The notes under the pieces: generated by a model
Told to the model about the DNA's origin: nothing
What the model saw: the letters and a program-made list of their open reading frames with translations, nothing else
Databases searched by the model: none
Made by a program: the position numbers and the translations under genes
Part shown: piece after piece, positions 41,832 to 51,657 of the stretch
How the letters are laid out: every line of letters starts with the position of its first letter
Numbering within the stretch: the stretch's first letter is position 1
Assembly (NCBI GenBank): GCA_965215015.1
Contig: OZ244042.1
Location: forward strand, 1,120,001-1,184,000
Reading direction: 5' to 3'
DNA length: 64,000 nucleotides
Origin: Candidatus Poribacteria bacterium
GTDB lineage: Bacteria; Poribacteria; WGA-4E; PCPOR2b

Positions 41832-42980
41832 ATGAAATACCAACTAAAAACCATCACACCGGTCCACATCGGTACGGGCGAAACATTGAGCCAAATTGAC
41901 AGCTTCTACAACAACGGACGGTGGCATCGAGTTGACATCGATGCGGTCCTGGCGGCTGTCCCTGAATCCGAGCTAAATAGCCTCACCATTGCGATGGGAC
42001 AACCCAATTTTCAATGGGGTAGATATCTTCCAACGAATCAGCCATCAGCGTCTTACACCCTCCCGTGCCCCGAAGATCCTCGGGCAACTGAAAGCCGCGA
42101 AGCAATTAAGGATGTCTTTGGTCGCCCGATGATTCCCGGCAGCAGCATCAAAGGTGCGATCCGCACCGCGCTCCTGTGGAAGTTCATCGATGATAACAAT
42201 TCAGAAGCCCAAGAAGCTTTTAAGTATTCAGTCAACTATTTGAAAGAACAGCTACGACGAAAGCCGAATCGCAATTGGGTAGGACAGTCGATTGAAGAGC
42301 GTGTGCTTGGAAAAGATCCGAACCACGACCTGATGCGAGTCGTGCAGGTCAGCGACACCGCGCCGATTCCGATCGAAGCCCTAGAAATGGGCGTATCGTG
42401 GACTGTCACACTCAATCAAGATGGCGAACTTATCCAGAAACGGGAGGGCAATCGTGAGTACAAGATCTTTGTCGAGCAAATTCGAGCCAATCAGATGTTC
42501 GACTTCTCAATCAAGATTGACAAATCCCTCTTCCGTCCGCGTGAAAAACATGAACTCGGCTTCAGTGCACAGCAGGAGAAGGTAATCTGCGAGGAACTCG
42601 CCGATGCGTGCAACTATGTGGCGAAAGACCTCGCCAATGAAGAAGCGGAATTTTACGATTACTACAAGTTGCCTGAGCTTGCCAATTTCTATGAATCCCT
42701 CTCGAACCAAATCACAAATCTGCCGGACGGTGCATTTGTCCTGCCGATCGGTTGGGGAACAGGGTATCGCGCCAAAACAGTCACCGAACTATTGACCGGA
42801 GACAATAATGACGAAGGCGATAATGATTTGATGATGAAGTTGCGGCGGCACTATCGTCTGGGCAAAAGCCGCTCGGGGCAAGATTACTACGATGATGAGT
42901 TTCCGAAGACCCGGCGGGTGGTGTATGATCGGCAGAGACCGAAATCCCCACTCGGCTGGGTACAAATCACACCAGCCTAA
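41832..42980 (+). CDS. csm5: Type III-A Csm5
   Basis: TPVHIGTG, IPGSSIKGAIRTA, QVSDT, IGWGTG, PKTRR, PLGWV. Confidence 0.95.
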   Translation: MKYQLKTITPVHIGTGETLSQIDSFYNNGRWHRVDIDAVLAAVPESELNSLTIAMGQPNFQWGRYLPTNQPSASYTLPCPEDPRATESREAIKDVFGRPMIPGSSIKGAIRTALLWKFIDDNNSEAQEAFKYSVNYLKEQLRRKPNRNWVGQSIEERVLGKDPNHDLMRVVQVSDTAPIPIEALEMGVSWTVTLNQDGELIQKREGNREYKIFVEQIRANQMFDFSIKIDKSLFRPREKHELGFSAQQEKVICEELADACNYVAKDLANEEAEFYDYYKLPELANFYESLSNQITNLPDGAFVLPIGWGTGYRAKTVTELLTGDNNDEGDNDLMMKLRRHYRLGKSRSGQDYYDDEFPKTRRVVYDRQRPKSPLGWVQITPA

Positions 42981-43181
42981 AAGGTTGAGACTCATGTTAG
43001 GAAATCGTGGGACAGAAGCCGATTTAGTTCACTAGTTCAGTAATGAACCCACCTGTGTTTTGCACTTTCTTTTTACATGAACCAAGGTTGATTAATTAGG
43101 TTCGTAGTAGCGCAATTCATTGCGCGTTCGTGTAAATCGTACCTCCCGAAAAGTCAATTTTCATTACATAGAGATAAACCT

Positions 43182-43943
43182 ATGCGAATCAAAATTACGT
43201 GCGACATCGGCGAAGGTATCCACCTGCCGATCAACTACAACTACTTTCTCACGGGCGTTATCTATCAATTTCTTAGAGAATCTGACCCTGAATACGGACA
43301 TTTCCTCCACCAAGAGGGCTATAAAGTTGAGAAGCGGCGTTTCAAACTGTTTACCTTCTCTCAACTGATGGCAAAACCGCGGGAGATTCGCGGCGACCAG
43401 ATCCACTTCCGTTCACCACTGACATGGTACATCTCCTCATCTCAGCAACCGTTTTTGGAAAACTTCGCCGCCGCGCTGATGGAGACGGGAATCCTACGGA
43501 TTGGAGGGCACAAGCTTCGGGTGCGGGATGTGGAGGTGTTGCGTCAACCCCGTTTTGGACCGCAGATGACCTTTCGGTGCCTCTCACCGATTACGATGTC
43601 TACTGTGCGCGAGCGGTACAGTACACCTTACTACTGTCTCCCCGGTGATCCTCAGTTCTCCGAGTTAGTTCGACAGAACCTGATTCGGAAGTACGAAGCG
43701 GTATACCAACAGCCGCCGCAAGAGAAATCGTTTGCGATGACCTTCGATCAGGCGTACATCGACAAACAGGAGGGACGTGTAACACGCTTAGTTGATTTCA
43801 AAGGGACCAAAATTCGCGGTGTTGTCGCTCCATTTCACGTCATCGGTACACCGGAGTTAATCCGCGTCGGCTATGAATGCGGCTTCGGGGATAAAAATAG
43901 CATAGGATTTGGGATGGTAGAGGTTGCAAGAAAGAATATATGA
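43182..43943 (+). CDS. cas6: CRISPR endoribonuclease Cas6
   Basis: LPINY, FKLFTFS, LSPI, G-rich loop GFGDKNSIGFG. Confidence 0.97.
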   Translation: MRIKITCDIGEGIHLPINYNYFLTGVIYQFLRESDPEYGHFLHQEGYKVEKRRFKLFTFSQLMAKPREIRGDQIHFRSPLTWYISSSQQPFLENFAAALMETGILRIGGHKLRVRDVEVLRQPRFGPQMTFRCLSPITMSTVRERYSTPYYCLPGDPQFSELVRQNLIRKYEAVYQQPPQEKSFAMTFDQAYIDKQEGRVTRLVDFKGTKIRGVVAPFHVIGTPELIRVGYECGFGDKNSIGFGMVEVARKNI

Positions 43944-43951
43944 AAACTATG

Positions 43952-43980
43952 TTGACTTAACACTTGTGGGGTGATATAAT
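43952..43980 (+). promoter_or_regulatory. Near-consensus internal promoter for the type I-B module
   Basis: TTGACT-17 bp-TATAAT with TGn extension, then AGGAGG RBS of cas8. Confidence 0.7.
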
Positions 43981-44012
43981 TCTGGATCAGTTTTCGCGGA
44001 AGGAGGAGGGAG

Positions 44013-45383
44013 ATGGTAATTTATGAAAAACTGATGGGCAATCCGTTTGTTGATGCAGGTGTGAGTGCGATCTGTGGGTGGCTGGGGCCAGGTACTCAGC
44101 CAGAGGAGATTACAACCGAAGATTTGCAAATAATGATAAATCAGTGGGCGCCGATTTATTGTACATCTGCGTGGAGTAAGAATCTCTATTCAATTTTTCC
44201 AAACAGTCCTGTGACCTATGCTGCACGTGAAAATAGGGATACCGTCGCGAAACTTGTATCTAAATGGTCGGACTGGCGTGAGAGAATCACGCCAATGAGT
44301 CAAGCGGGTGATTGCCTTGGCTGTGGACGTCGAGTGACAATGGAGAAATTACTTACAAAAACTGATGTACCCTTAACGGGTTCGGGCAGCCTGCGGAATT
44401 TCTTTCCGTTATTCAGCGATGGGCAAGGGTATTGTGCCGCTTGTGCCCTGGCGATTCAGTTTATCCCGCTTTCCTTGGTTTCCAGTGGCGGTAAATTCCT
44501 CATGTTGCACTCAAACGCTTGGCGGGTTCAAAGGAAGTGGACACAGATTTGTGTCTCCGATATCCAAAGCCGTTCCGCGCGGAATGAAGTCACTGGCTGT
44601 TTTAATCCGGGATACATTAACCCGCGTAATGGTCTATTCTACATGACGAGCCAGCTGATTGACTATGAGGAACGTCGCACAACCGAAGATATCACGATGC
44701 AAATCTTCTATTTCTCCAACTACAATCAAGGCCCAGAACTCGAAATCTTCCACCTGCCTGCACCGGTATTCCGTTTCCTACGCTACGCTTCTCAAGACCA
44801 ATTTCGGAGGGCATGGCAACGGATTGTCCGAAGTGGGTATCAGCGAGTCAAATGGGACGAAATTGAATCGGAAGATGATTACAAAAACTATTCCAATCGT
44901 GTCTACGAATTTCTGTTGCAAGGTCGATCCATCCTCCAATTTTTCATCAATAGACCCGCTCGGAAAACGCGTAGTAATTGGGTATTGCTTTACCTTTACC
45001 TAAAGGAGGTTAGGAATATGAAGGAATCGAGGCTTGACGCCATAAAACAGGTTGGCGACTTTATCGCCGAAAGCATTCGTAAATCTGAACGTGACCGACG
45101 GCTCCGACAACTTGAGGCCGCCGGAAGCTATAGCGAATGCCGAAACATTTTACGTTTTGTAATCCGAGACCGGATTCAACAAGGTGAAGAAGCACCGCTT
45201 TTTTCGCTAGATGATTACGTTACATGTCTATTTCCAGCATCACCGGATCAGACAACATTTTGGCGGGAAACCCGGGACCTACTCGTTTTTCGGATTTATG
45301 AAACTCTTCACGATTGGTTAGTTACAAGCGGTTTTGTTGATGATGCAGACGACGAAATCGATCAACTGACTGATCAACCATAG
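44013..45383 (+). CDS. cas8b1: Type I-B large subunit Cas8 (Cst1, CXXC-CXXC family)
   Basis: GNPFVDAG, FPNS, CLGC...PLTGS...NFF...CAAC. Confidence 0.88.
   Translation: MVIYEKLMGNPFVDAGVSAICGWLGPGTQPEEITTEDLQIMINQWAPIYCTSAWSKNLYSIFPNSPVTYAARENRDTVAKLVSKWSDWRERITPMSQAGDCLGCGRRVTMEKLLTKTDVPLTGSGSLRNFFPLFSDGQGYCAACALAIQFIPLSLVSSGGKFLMLHSNAWRVQRKWTQICVSDIQSRSARNEVTGCFNPGYINPRNGLFYMTSQLIDYEERRTTEDITMQIFYFSNYNQGPELEIFHLPAPVFRFLRYASQDQFRRAWQRIVRSGYQRVKWDEIESEDDYKNYSNRVYEFLLQGRSILQFFINRPARKTRSNWVLLYLYLKEVRNMKESRLDAIKQVGDFIAESIRKSERDRRLRQLEAAGSYSECRNILRFVIRDRIQQGEEAPLFSLDDYVTCLFPASPDQTTFWRETRDLLVFRIYETLHDWLVTSGFVDDADDEIDQLTDQP
45018..45383 (+). CDS. cas11: Internally translated small subunit Cas11 (121 aa) within cas8
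   Basis: AAAGGAGGT (45002..45010) 7 nt before an in-frame ATG at 45018 (MKESRLDAIKQ...); helical C-terminal domain. Confidence 0.75.
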   Translation: MKESRLDAIKQVGDFIAESIRKSERDRRLRQLEAAGSYSECRNILRFVIRDRIQQGEEAPLFSLDDYVTCLFPASPDQTTFWRETRDLLVFRIYETLHDWLVTSGFVDDADDEIDQLTDQP

Positions 45384-45396
45384 GGGAAATTTAATC

Positions 45397-46386
45397 ATGT
45401 CGAAACATGTTATAGGTTTGGTATTGATTGATGCACCGCACTCTGCACTCAATAATGCGGGGACTGAAGCATCGCAAGCAACAGAGAACATCGTCGTCGT
45501 TAAAACACTACGCAAAGGAAATCAGCCGTATCCGTATGTTTCAGGGCAAGCGTGGCGGAATTGGTGGCGAACGACGTTAGGTGAAGAGTCTAATTGGGAG
45601 CTTTCGCCAATCGAACGTGAGAAAAAAATTGCTTTCACCGCTGCTGATCCGGTCGTCTACGATGACGATGACGTTTTTGGCTACATGCGGGCAGTAAAGA
45701 AAGAAACGTTGACTCGACTCTCACCGTTGAAAACTTCACCGCTGATTTCGATTGAGCCGCAACGCCCCACGGACGACTTTGGTGTGATGGCACGACACGA
45801 AGGTGATCCAGTCCCCTACGAGCATCAGTTTTACTCATGCACCCTTAAGGGCATCTTTTCCCTCGACCTTGATGCTGTCGGTGCTTTCTGGAACGTCAAT
45901 AAAACCGGATACAAAAACATCACCGATACGCACATCCCAACCATTCAACTGGCTGGCGGAGAACAGGCAAACGAAAAATCGCCATGGGTCTTACCACCGG
46001 ACATCCGTCTGCGGCGTTGCCGCCAAACGCTTGAGGCACTCCCAATTCTCAGTGGTGGTGCGAAGTTGACCTCTCACTTGACTGACGTAACACCGAAGTT
46101 GATTATTCTATCTGTGCTCAACGGTGGCAATCATCCCTTCATGAACGTGATGGTTGAGCGAGACGGGCGAGGTGAATTGAGTATTGCGGCGCTGCGACAG
46201 GTTATTTTCGATTATGGGAGTCGTTTCCTTGATTCAATTTATATCGGTCGCCGTGAAGGGTTTATGGATGAATTAGACGAATCCTTGCGCCAATTGGCAG
46301 CAGACGGGTCGGTCATATACGATTCGCCCAACCAGGTCGTCGCCCAATTAGCGGGTGAACTCTCAAAACATTTCGGAGGAGAGTGA
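45397..46386 (+). CDS. cas7: Type I-B Cas7 (Cst2/DevR family)
   Basis: SALNN, YVSGQA.R...R, DDDVFGYM, R.SP, PYEHQF. Confidence 0.93.
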   Translation: MSKHVIGLVLIDAPHSALNNAGTEASQATENIVVVKTLRKGNQPYPYVSGQAWRNWWRTTLGEESNWELSPIEREKKIAFTAADPVVYDDDDVFGYMRAVKKETLTRLSPLKTSPLISIEPQRPTDDFGVMARHEGDPVPYEHQFYSCTLKGIFSLDLDAVGAFWNVNKTGYKNITDTHIPTIQLAGGEQANEKSPWVLPPDIRLRRCRQTLEALPILSGGAKLTSHLTDVTPKLIILSVLNGGNHPFMNVMVERDGRGELSIAALRQVIFDYGSRFLDSIYIGRREGFMDELDESLRQLAADGSVIYDSPNQVVAQLAGELSKHFGGE

Positions 46387-47018
46387 TGAAAGTTCTTCGT
46401 GTTCACATCAACGGTTGGGTGGCGTCGTTTCGGAACCCGTTATTCATCAGTGGATTCCAACCCACCCTTGCTGTGCCCCCGCTTTCAACCCTCTACGGCT
46501 TACTATCGGCTGCGCGAGGCGATTGGATAACACCTAACGATGCGGCGATTGGATTTATCTTCCAAAGCCAAGGTAAAGCCGTAGACTTGGAAACAGTGTA
46601 CGAGTTCGATCGGACACGGTTCCGAGCGAAACCGAATGTCTGCAAACGCGAATTCCTCGTTTCACCTGAGCTTTATCTCTACACGCCTGCGCTGTGGTTG
46701 AGACCCCATATCGAATCGCCTCATTATCCACTACTGTTGGGGCGTTCGACGGAATTAGCAACGGTTGTGTCAACCGCAGAGATTGAGTTGGAGGAGGTAT
46801 CCGAAACCATTTATCGCAATACACTCCTCCCATTTCCGAATGAGCGGATTTACGGGCAGATACAGGCGTTGCCAACCCATTTCACACCGGATCGCCCCCG
46901 CCGTCCGCAAGGCATCCGGCCGTTTTACATGCTAACGGAGCAAATTCCATATAGCGGTCCAGCGTTACAAGATACGGAGATGGGTTGGGGTGTGTATCTG
47001 CACGGAAATTCGAGATAA
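46383..47018 (+). CDS. cas5: Type I-B Cas5
   Basis: ASFRNP...QPT..VPPLSTLYGLLSAA, REFL, YPLLLGRS. Confidence 0.93.
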   Translation: MMKVLRVHINGWVASFRNPLFISGFQPTLAVPPLSTLYGLLSAARGDWITPNDAAIGFIFQSQGKAVDLETVYEFDRTRFRAKPNVCKREFLVSPELYLYTPALWLRPHIESPHYPLLLGRSTELATVVSTAEIELEEVSETIYRNTLLPFPNERIYGQIQALPTHFTPDRPRRPQGIRPFYMLTEQIPYSGPALQDTEMGWGVYLHGNSR

Positions 47019-47021
47019 ATT

Positions 47022-49259
47022 ATGACAGAACTACTTGCCAAAAGGGATCCCCCCGAGACACTGGCCGAACATACCGAAAACTGTCTTGCTGTCTATTTCA
47101 GTATGCAAAAAACTATGCCGTTTCTCGCGGAGATTTCTGGTGAACCGGATTTCTTTGACCATCTTTTCTACACGGTTGCTCTTCACGATTTCGGCAAGGC
47201 GGCAACCGGATTTCAGGCACAACTCCGATCGGCTGCCGAACGGTGGGGCTACCGTCACGAAATTTTATCAGCGGGATTTGTGGGTGGGCTAGATCTACCA
47301 CCCCACATCAAACAAGCTATCGGCTTGGCGATTCTAACCCATCACAAAGATATTCAGACACTGAGGGACCAATATCCTTGCTTTCCACCACAACAGCCGG
47401 GCTATGAAACATGGAAAGCGCGGAGAGCAGAATTAGTACCGAATTGGGATGCCTTGATGCGGATTCAAGAACAGGTTAGTCATTGGTATCCGAGCGAGGA
47501 TTGCCGTTTTGCCCCTCTACTTTCGCTGGATGGATTCATTAACGGAGATCAGGATTTTCTTGTGCCGTATCTTAACGATTTTGAGGATTGTGAATTGACG
47601 GTGTTGCATGGTCGTTACGGTATGTTGTTGCGCGGCTGTATGATTGCCTGCGACCATCTCGCATCGGCGGGAAAAATCAAGATTTACCGCGCTCTTGATG
47701 ATTTGGGGGGACATCTTCGCAACCAAATTGAGAAAAGAGGACGGGTGTTTCGAGGCTGGGATGAGTTTCAAGAGGCCTCCGCGAAAACGTCTGGACATCT
47801 AATGCTCTCTGCACCAACAGGTTCTGGGAAGACGGAAGCGGCTATACTCTGGTCAGATGCAAATGAGAGTGAATCCCTTGGACGGCGCGTGTTTTATGTT
47901 TTGCCTTACACCGCTAGCGTCAACGCGATGTACGACCGCCTGCTTAATATCGTCTCTGAAGACCGCATTGGGGTGTTGCACGGGAAAGCGAGTTATTTCC
48001 TCTATCAATCAATGGTAGATAAAGAATACACGCCTGACGAAGCGAAAAAAGCGGTTGCAAGAGCCCGGAAAAGCCAAAATCTGACGCGGAAAATTTATAG
48101 ACCCTACAAAATACTAACACCGTTTCAACTGCTCAAAGCCTTTTTCGGTATACGCGGTTTTGAGATGCAATTCGCAGAAATGGCGGGTGGCTTGTTCATC
48201 TTTGACGAAATCCACGCCTATGACCCGCATACAACCGCGCTAATCTTGATAATGGTTGAGAGACTCCGTCGAGATTACGGCTCGCAATTCTGCATTATGA
48301 CTGCGACGATGCCGAGATTCCTCAAAGAGATGTTTGTAAGTGCTATTGGCGAAATTGCTGAGGTTGAGATGTCTTCTGAGAAACGAGATCAATTCACTCG
48401 CCACCGCGTCAACCTGTTTGATGGCGGAATTCTTGATACAATTCCTGATATTGTCAAACGATTGGAAACCGGTCAACGAATATTGGTCGTCTGTAACACG
48501 ATTGGGCAGGCACAGACGGTTTTTGAGCAGTTATGCCCAAGTGCTACCAATCCGCAACTAGTCCATAGTCGTTTTATCCTCCGAGATCGAGAGCGAATCG
48601 AAAAAGAGTTGAAGGAGACTGACTTGCTTGTTGGAACACAAGCTGTCGAAGTTTCACTCGACATTGACTTTGATGTGTTATTTTCTGAACCTGCACCCAT
48701 TGATGCACTGATACAGCGATTCGGACGGGTAAACCGTACACGAAAGAAAGGTATCTGTGATGTATGTATCTGCCGCGAAGGGGGAGAAAACGACAAATAC
48801 GTCTATTCTACCGAGCGGGTGAACCGGACGCTTGATGCCTTTGCTGCCGTTGATATCTTGTACGAATCAAAGATTCAGCATCTCATTGATACAGTTTACG
48901 GCGACAGCTACGATACAAAGGAACAAGAGGTATTCGATAATGCCACAGCAATCTTCAGTCAATATTCACGAAATATCGTACCGTTCATCGAAGATGCCTC
49001 AAGACGCGAGGAGTTTACCGAACCCTTCAAGAGTGTTGAAGTTGTACCTTCGGATTATGAGGACGAATTTCTGGGACATATCAGGGCAAAGGAGTTTTAC
49101 GAGGCAATGGCTTACGTCACCTCAATTTCTGAGCAGCAATTCGCACGACTCTACAAGGAAGGGCAATTATACAAGCAGGAGGGACAGTGGTTCGTGCGGG
49201 TTGGCTACGATTCTGAACGTGGATTGGCACTCGATGAGTTAGCGGGGAATGTGTTGTGA
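47022..49259 (+). CDS. cas3: Cas3 HD nuclease-helicase
   Basis: TLAEH, LHDFGK, APTGSGKT, DEIH, MTAT, QRFGRVNR. Confidence 0.97.
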   Translation: MTELLAKRDPPETLAEHTENCLAVYFSMQKTMPFLAEISGEPDFFDHLFYTVALHDFGKAATGFQAQLRSAAERWGYRHEILSAGFVGGLDLPPHIKQAIGLAILTHHKDIQTLRDQYPCFPPQQPGYETWKARRAELVPNWDALMRIQEQVSHWYPSEDCRFAPLLSLDGFINGDQDFLVPYLNDFEDCELTVLHGRYGMLLRGCMIACDHLASAGKIKIYRALDDLGGHLRNQIEKRGRVFRGWDEFQEASAKTSGHLMLSAPTGSGKTEAAILWSDANESESLGRRVFYVLPYTASVNAMYDRLLNIVSEDRIGVLHGKASYFLYQSMVDKEYTPDEAKKAVARARKSQNLTRKIYRPYKILTPFQLLKAFFGIRGFEMQFAEMAGGLFIFDEIHAYDPHTTALILIMVERLRRDYGSQFCIMTATMPRFLKEMFVSAIGEIAEVEMSSEKRDQFTRHRVNLFDGGILDTIPDIVKRLETGQRILVVCNTIGQAQTVFEQLCPSATNPQLVHSRFILRDRERIEKELKETDLLVGTQAVEVSLDIDFDVLFSEPAPIDALIQRFGRVNRTRKKGICDVCICREGGENDKYVYSTERVNRTLDAFAAVDILYESKIQHLIDTVYGDSYDTKEQEVFDNATAIFSQYSRNIVPFIEDASRREEFTEPFKSVEVVPSDYEDEFLGHIRAKEFYEAMAYVTSISEQQFARLYKEGQLYKQEGQWFVRVGYDSERGLALDELAGNVL

Positions 49260-49340
49260 TTAGACGTGAGACCTCTCTAATCAAGCTACCATAAAATAAA
49301 TATAATACATTCAAGGCCAGCTGAGCGAAAGGACGTATTT

Positions 49341-49856
49341 ATGCAAACTGAAGATCTTACTACAATCCGTGTTACTGGCACAATGATCAACTACCTCTAC
49401 GTCTGCCCCCGAGAGCTCTGGTTCTTTCAGAACCATATTGAAATGGAACACACCTCGGACCTCGTTTCTATGGGTAAACTCCTACACGAGGAGAGCTACG
49501 GGCGTGAAAAGCGGAAGGAACGCTCGATCGATGATCTCATCCGCATCGACTTTGTTGACAAAGACGGCATCCTCCACGATATCAAGTCGGGGCCAGCGAT
49601 GGAGAAGGCGCACGAAATGCAAATTCTCTACTATCTCTATCTACTCAAACAGAAGGGGGTATCCAACCGCAAAGGCGTTATCAACTACCCGCGCCAACGA
49701 CGAACCGTTGAGGTCGAATTGACCCCAGAGAAAGAGTATGAAGTCGAGGAAGCAATCCAAGAGGTCAAAAAAATTTCCAACCTGCCAACGCCTCCGGATG
49801 TGGCATTTATGAAAATCTGTAAGTCGTGTAGCTACATGGAATTATGTTGGAGTTAA
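49341..49856 (+). CDS. cas4: Cas4
   Basis: YVCPRELW, G.LLHE, IDF...DIK, Q...Y, C..CSY.ELC. Confidence 0.96.
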   Translation: MQTEDLTTIRVTGTMINYLYVCPRELWFFQNHIEMEHTSDLVSMGKLLHEESYGREKRKERSIDDLIRIDFVDKDGILHDIKSGPAMEKAHEMQILYYLYLLKQKGVSNRKGVINYPRQRRTVEVELTPEKEYEVEEAIQEVKKISNLPTPPDVAFMKICKSCSYMELCWS

Positions 49857-49995
49857 TACGATACTTAGTTCGTAGTAGCGCAATTCATTGCGCGTGGGGG
49901 TTCTTGACGGTACCGCCCTCCCTTAAGAGGCGCAATGAACGCGCGCCTACAAAGTGGATAACCTCAATAAAAACAAATAAAGAAGGAAAACAACC

Positions 49996-50991
49996 ATGTC
50001 TCGTAACTACTACATCAGCCAGTCCGGTAGATTGCGCCGAAAGGATAACACCATCTATCTTGAAAAAGAGGACGGTTCGCGTGTACCGATTCCGATCGAG
50101 GATGTGGACGCATTCTATCTCTATGGTGAACTGGACCTGAACACGCGGCTCCTCAACTTCATGGCACAGAAACAGGTGCCCATTCATGTCTTCAACTACT
50201 ACGGCTACTATTCCGGCACCTACTATCCGCGAGAATACCTAAACTCTGGGTTCCTGACCGTCAAGCAGGTGCAGCACTATGAACGAAAGTCGAAACGGCT
50301 GCCGATTGCCCGCGAATTTGTTTCGGCGGCGGTGGCGAATATCCTGCGAAACCTGCGTTACCGGGCGAATCGGGACAGCGATTGCTCCGAGCAACTTAGC
50401 ATCATTGAGGCGATAGAGATTGAGATTCCACACGCGCAGCGCGTCGACGAACTGATGGGGTATGAGGGAAATGTCCGCGAGACCTACTATCGTGCCTTTA
50501 ACGCCATCATCAACCTGCAAACCCCGTTTGAGAAACGCGTCCGCCAACCACCCGATAATCCCATCAACGCCGCGATTTCGTTTGGAAATTCGCTGATGTA
50601 TACCGCCTGTTTGACCGAAATCTATCGAACCCAACTGAATCCGACAATCAGCTTCCTCCATCAGCCGGGAGAACGTCGATTCTCTCTGAGCCTCGATCTA
50701 GCAGAAATCTTCAAACCAATCATCGTTGATCGAGTGCTTTTCCGGTTGTTCAATCGAGGTCAACTCAAAGAGGCGAAGCACTTTGAAACCGAGATGGAGG
50801 GCTGCTATCTGAACGAAAATGGGAGACGACTGTTTCTCCAAGCCTTCGATGAGCAGCTCAAGCAGACAATTGACCATCGAAAACTGAGGCGAAAAGTGTC
50901 TTACCAACGCCTGATCCGCCTTGAATGCTACAAATTGATTAAGCATCTGACAGATATGGAAACCTATCAGGCATTTCGGGCCTGGTGGTAA
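49996..50991 (+). CDS. cas1: Type I-B Cas1
   Basis: G.LRRKDNT, FNYYGYYSG, LMGYEG, RQPPDNPINA, LDLAEIFKP; no RT fusion. Confidence 0.97.
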   Translation: MSRNYYISQSGRLRRKDNTIYLEKEDGSRVPIPIEDVDAFYLYGELDLNTRLLNFMAQKQVPIHVFNYYGYYSGTYYPREYLNSGFLTVKQVQHYERKSKRLPIAREFVSAAVANILRNLRYRANRDSDCSEQLSIIEAIEIEIPHAQRVDELMGYEGNVRETYYRAFNAIINLQTPFEKRVRQPPDNPINAAISFGNSLMYTACLTEIYRTQLNPTISFLHQPGERRFSLSLDLAEIFKPIIVDRVLFRLFNRGQLKEAKHFETEMEGCYLNENGRRLFLQAFDEQLKQTIDHRKLRRKVSYQRLIRLECYKLIKHLTDMETYQAFRAWW

Positions 50992-51141
50992 AATATAGGA
51001 AAGCTGTAATCCTTTCGTAGGGGCACGGTTCCCCCACCCATTGGCCACGGTAATGAAACCGTAAGTTGGGCTTACTAGCTCGACCCGAAATCCGTGTCTC
51101 CCCGCCCGTTAGATGTGGTGGTAAAACAGGAGGAAATTATA

Positions 51142-51405
51142 ATGTATGTCATTATTGTTTACGACATCGACGTGAAACGGGTTGCGAAAGTCTGCAAATA
51201 CCTACGTCAACATCTCAATTGGGTACAAAATTCCGTCTTTGAAGGCGAATTGACAAAGGCTCAACTCGCGCGAGTGAAATCAGGGCTTTTGACTATCATT
51301 GACGAAAGTGAAGATTCCGTGCTCATGTACCAGATGCGCCATGAGAAATGGATGGACAAACAGGTCATGGGCATCGAAAAAAATCCGGTGACAAACCTCT
51401 TATGA
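51142..51405 (+). CDS. cas2: Cas2
   Basis: MYVIIVYDI, WVQNSVFEG, EDSV; CAGGAGG RBS. Confidence 0.97.
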   Translation: MYVIIVYDIDVKRVAKVCKYLRQHLNWVQNSVFEGELTKAQLARVKSGLLTIIDESEDSVLMYQMRHEKWMDKQVMGIEKNPVTNLL

Positions 51406-51657
51406 CAAGACACGACAAGGGGTTAAAGCGTTTTCACGTGATTGGTAAGTCGTCAACCTCAATTTCTGAAGCAATTTTTTAATTCATAAGACAAGCTTTT
51501 TGTCCATATTATCTCAATTTGAAACGTAACCACGCGATGTCGTCAACCTTCCATTAATTTTGCACAACCGGAGGTTGACGACTTTTGAAGGTAGGCGCAG
51601 TTTTCTCCTTGCAGAAATGGCGTAGGTTTTGTATAATATTTCTGTTGGTTTTTCGGG
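51406..51657 (+). promoter_or_regulatory. CRISPR leader with promoter
   Basis: GTCGTCAACCT twice (about 51449 and 51538) and inverted AGGTTGACGAC (about 51572); TTGCAG-17-TATAAT at 51609..51637. Confidence 0.8.

Noticed and set aside
49255-49267. 13-nt match TGTGATTAGACGT between the cas3 stop region and the spacer at 61492
   Set aside because: Short, internal to the spacer and without seed or PAM support, so compatible with chance. No convincing self-targeting spacer was seen by eye, but the check was not exhaustive.
49274-49303. Possible degenerate repeat between cas3 and cas4
   Set aside because: About 16/30 identity in AT-rich DNA, no ATTGAAAC handle and no matching target in cas promoters.
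49996-50991. RNA spacer acquisition by RT-Cas1
   Set aside because: Cas1 is a plain 331-aa protein and no reverse transcriptase is present in the window.
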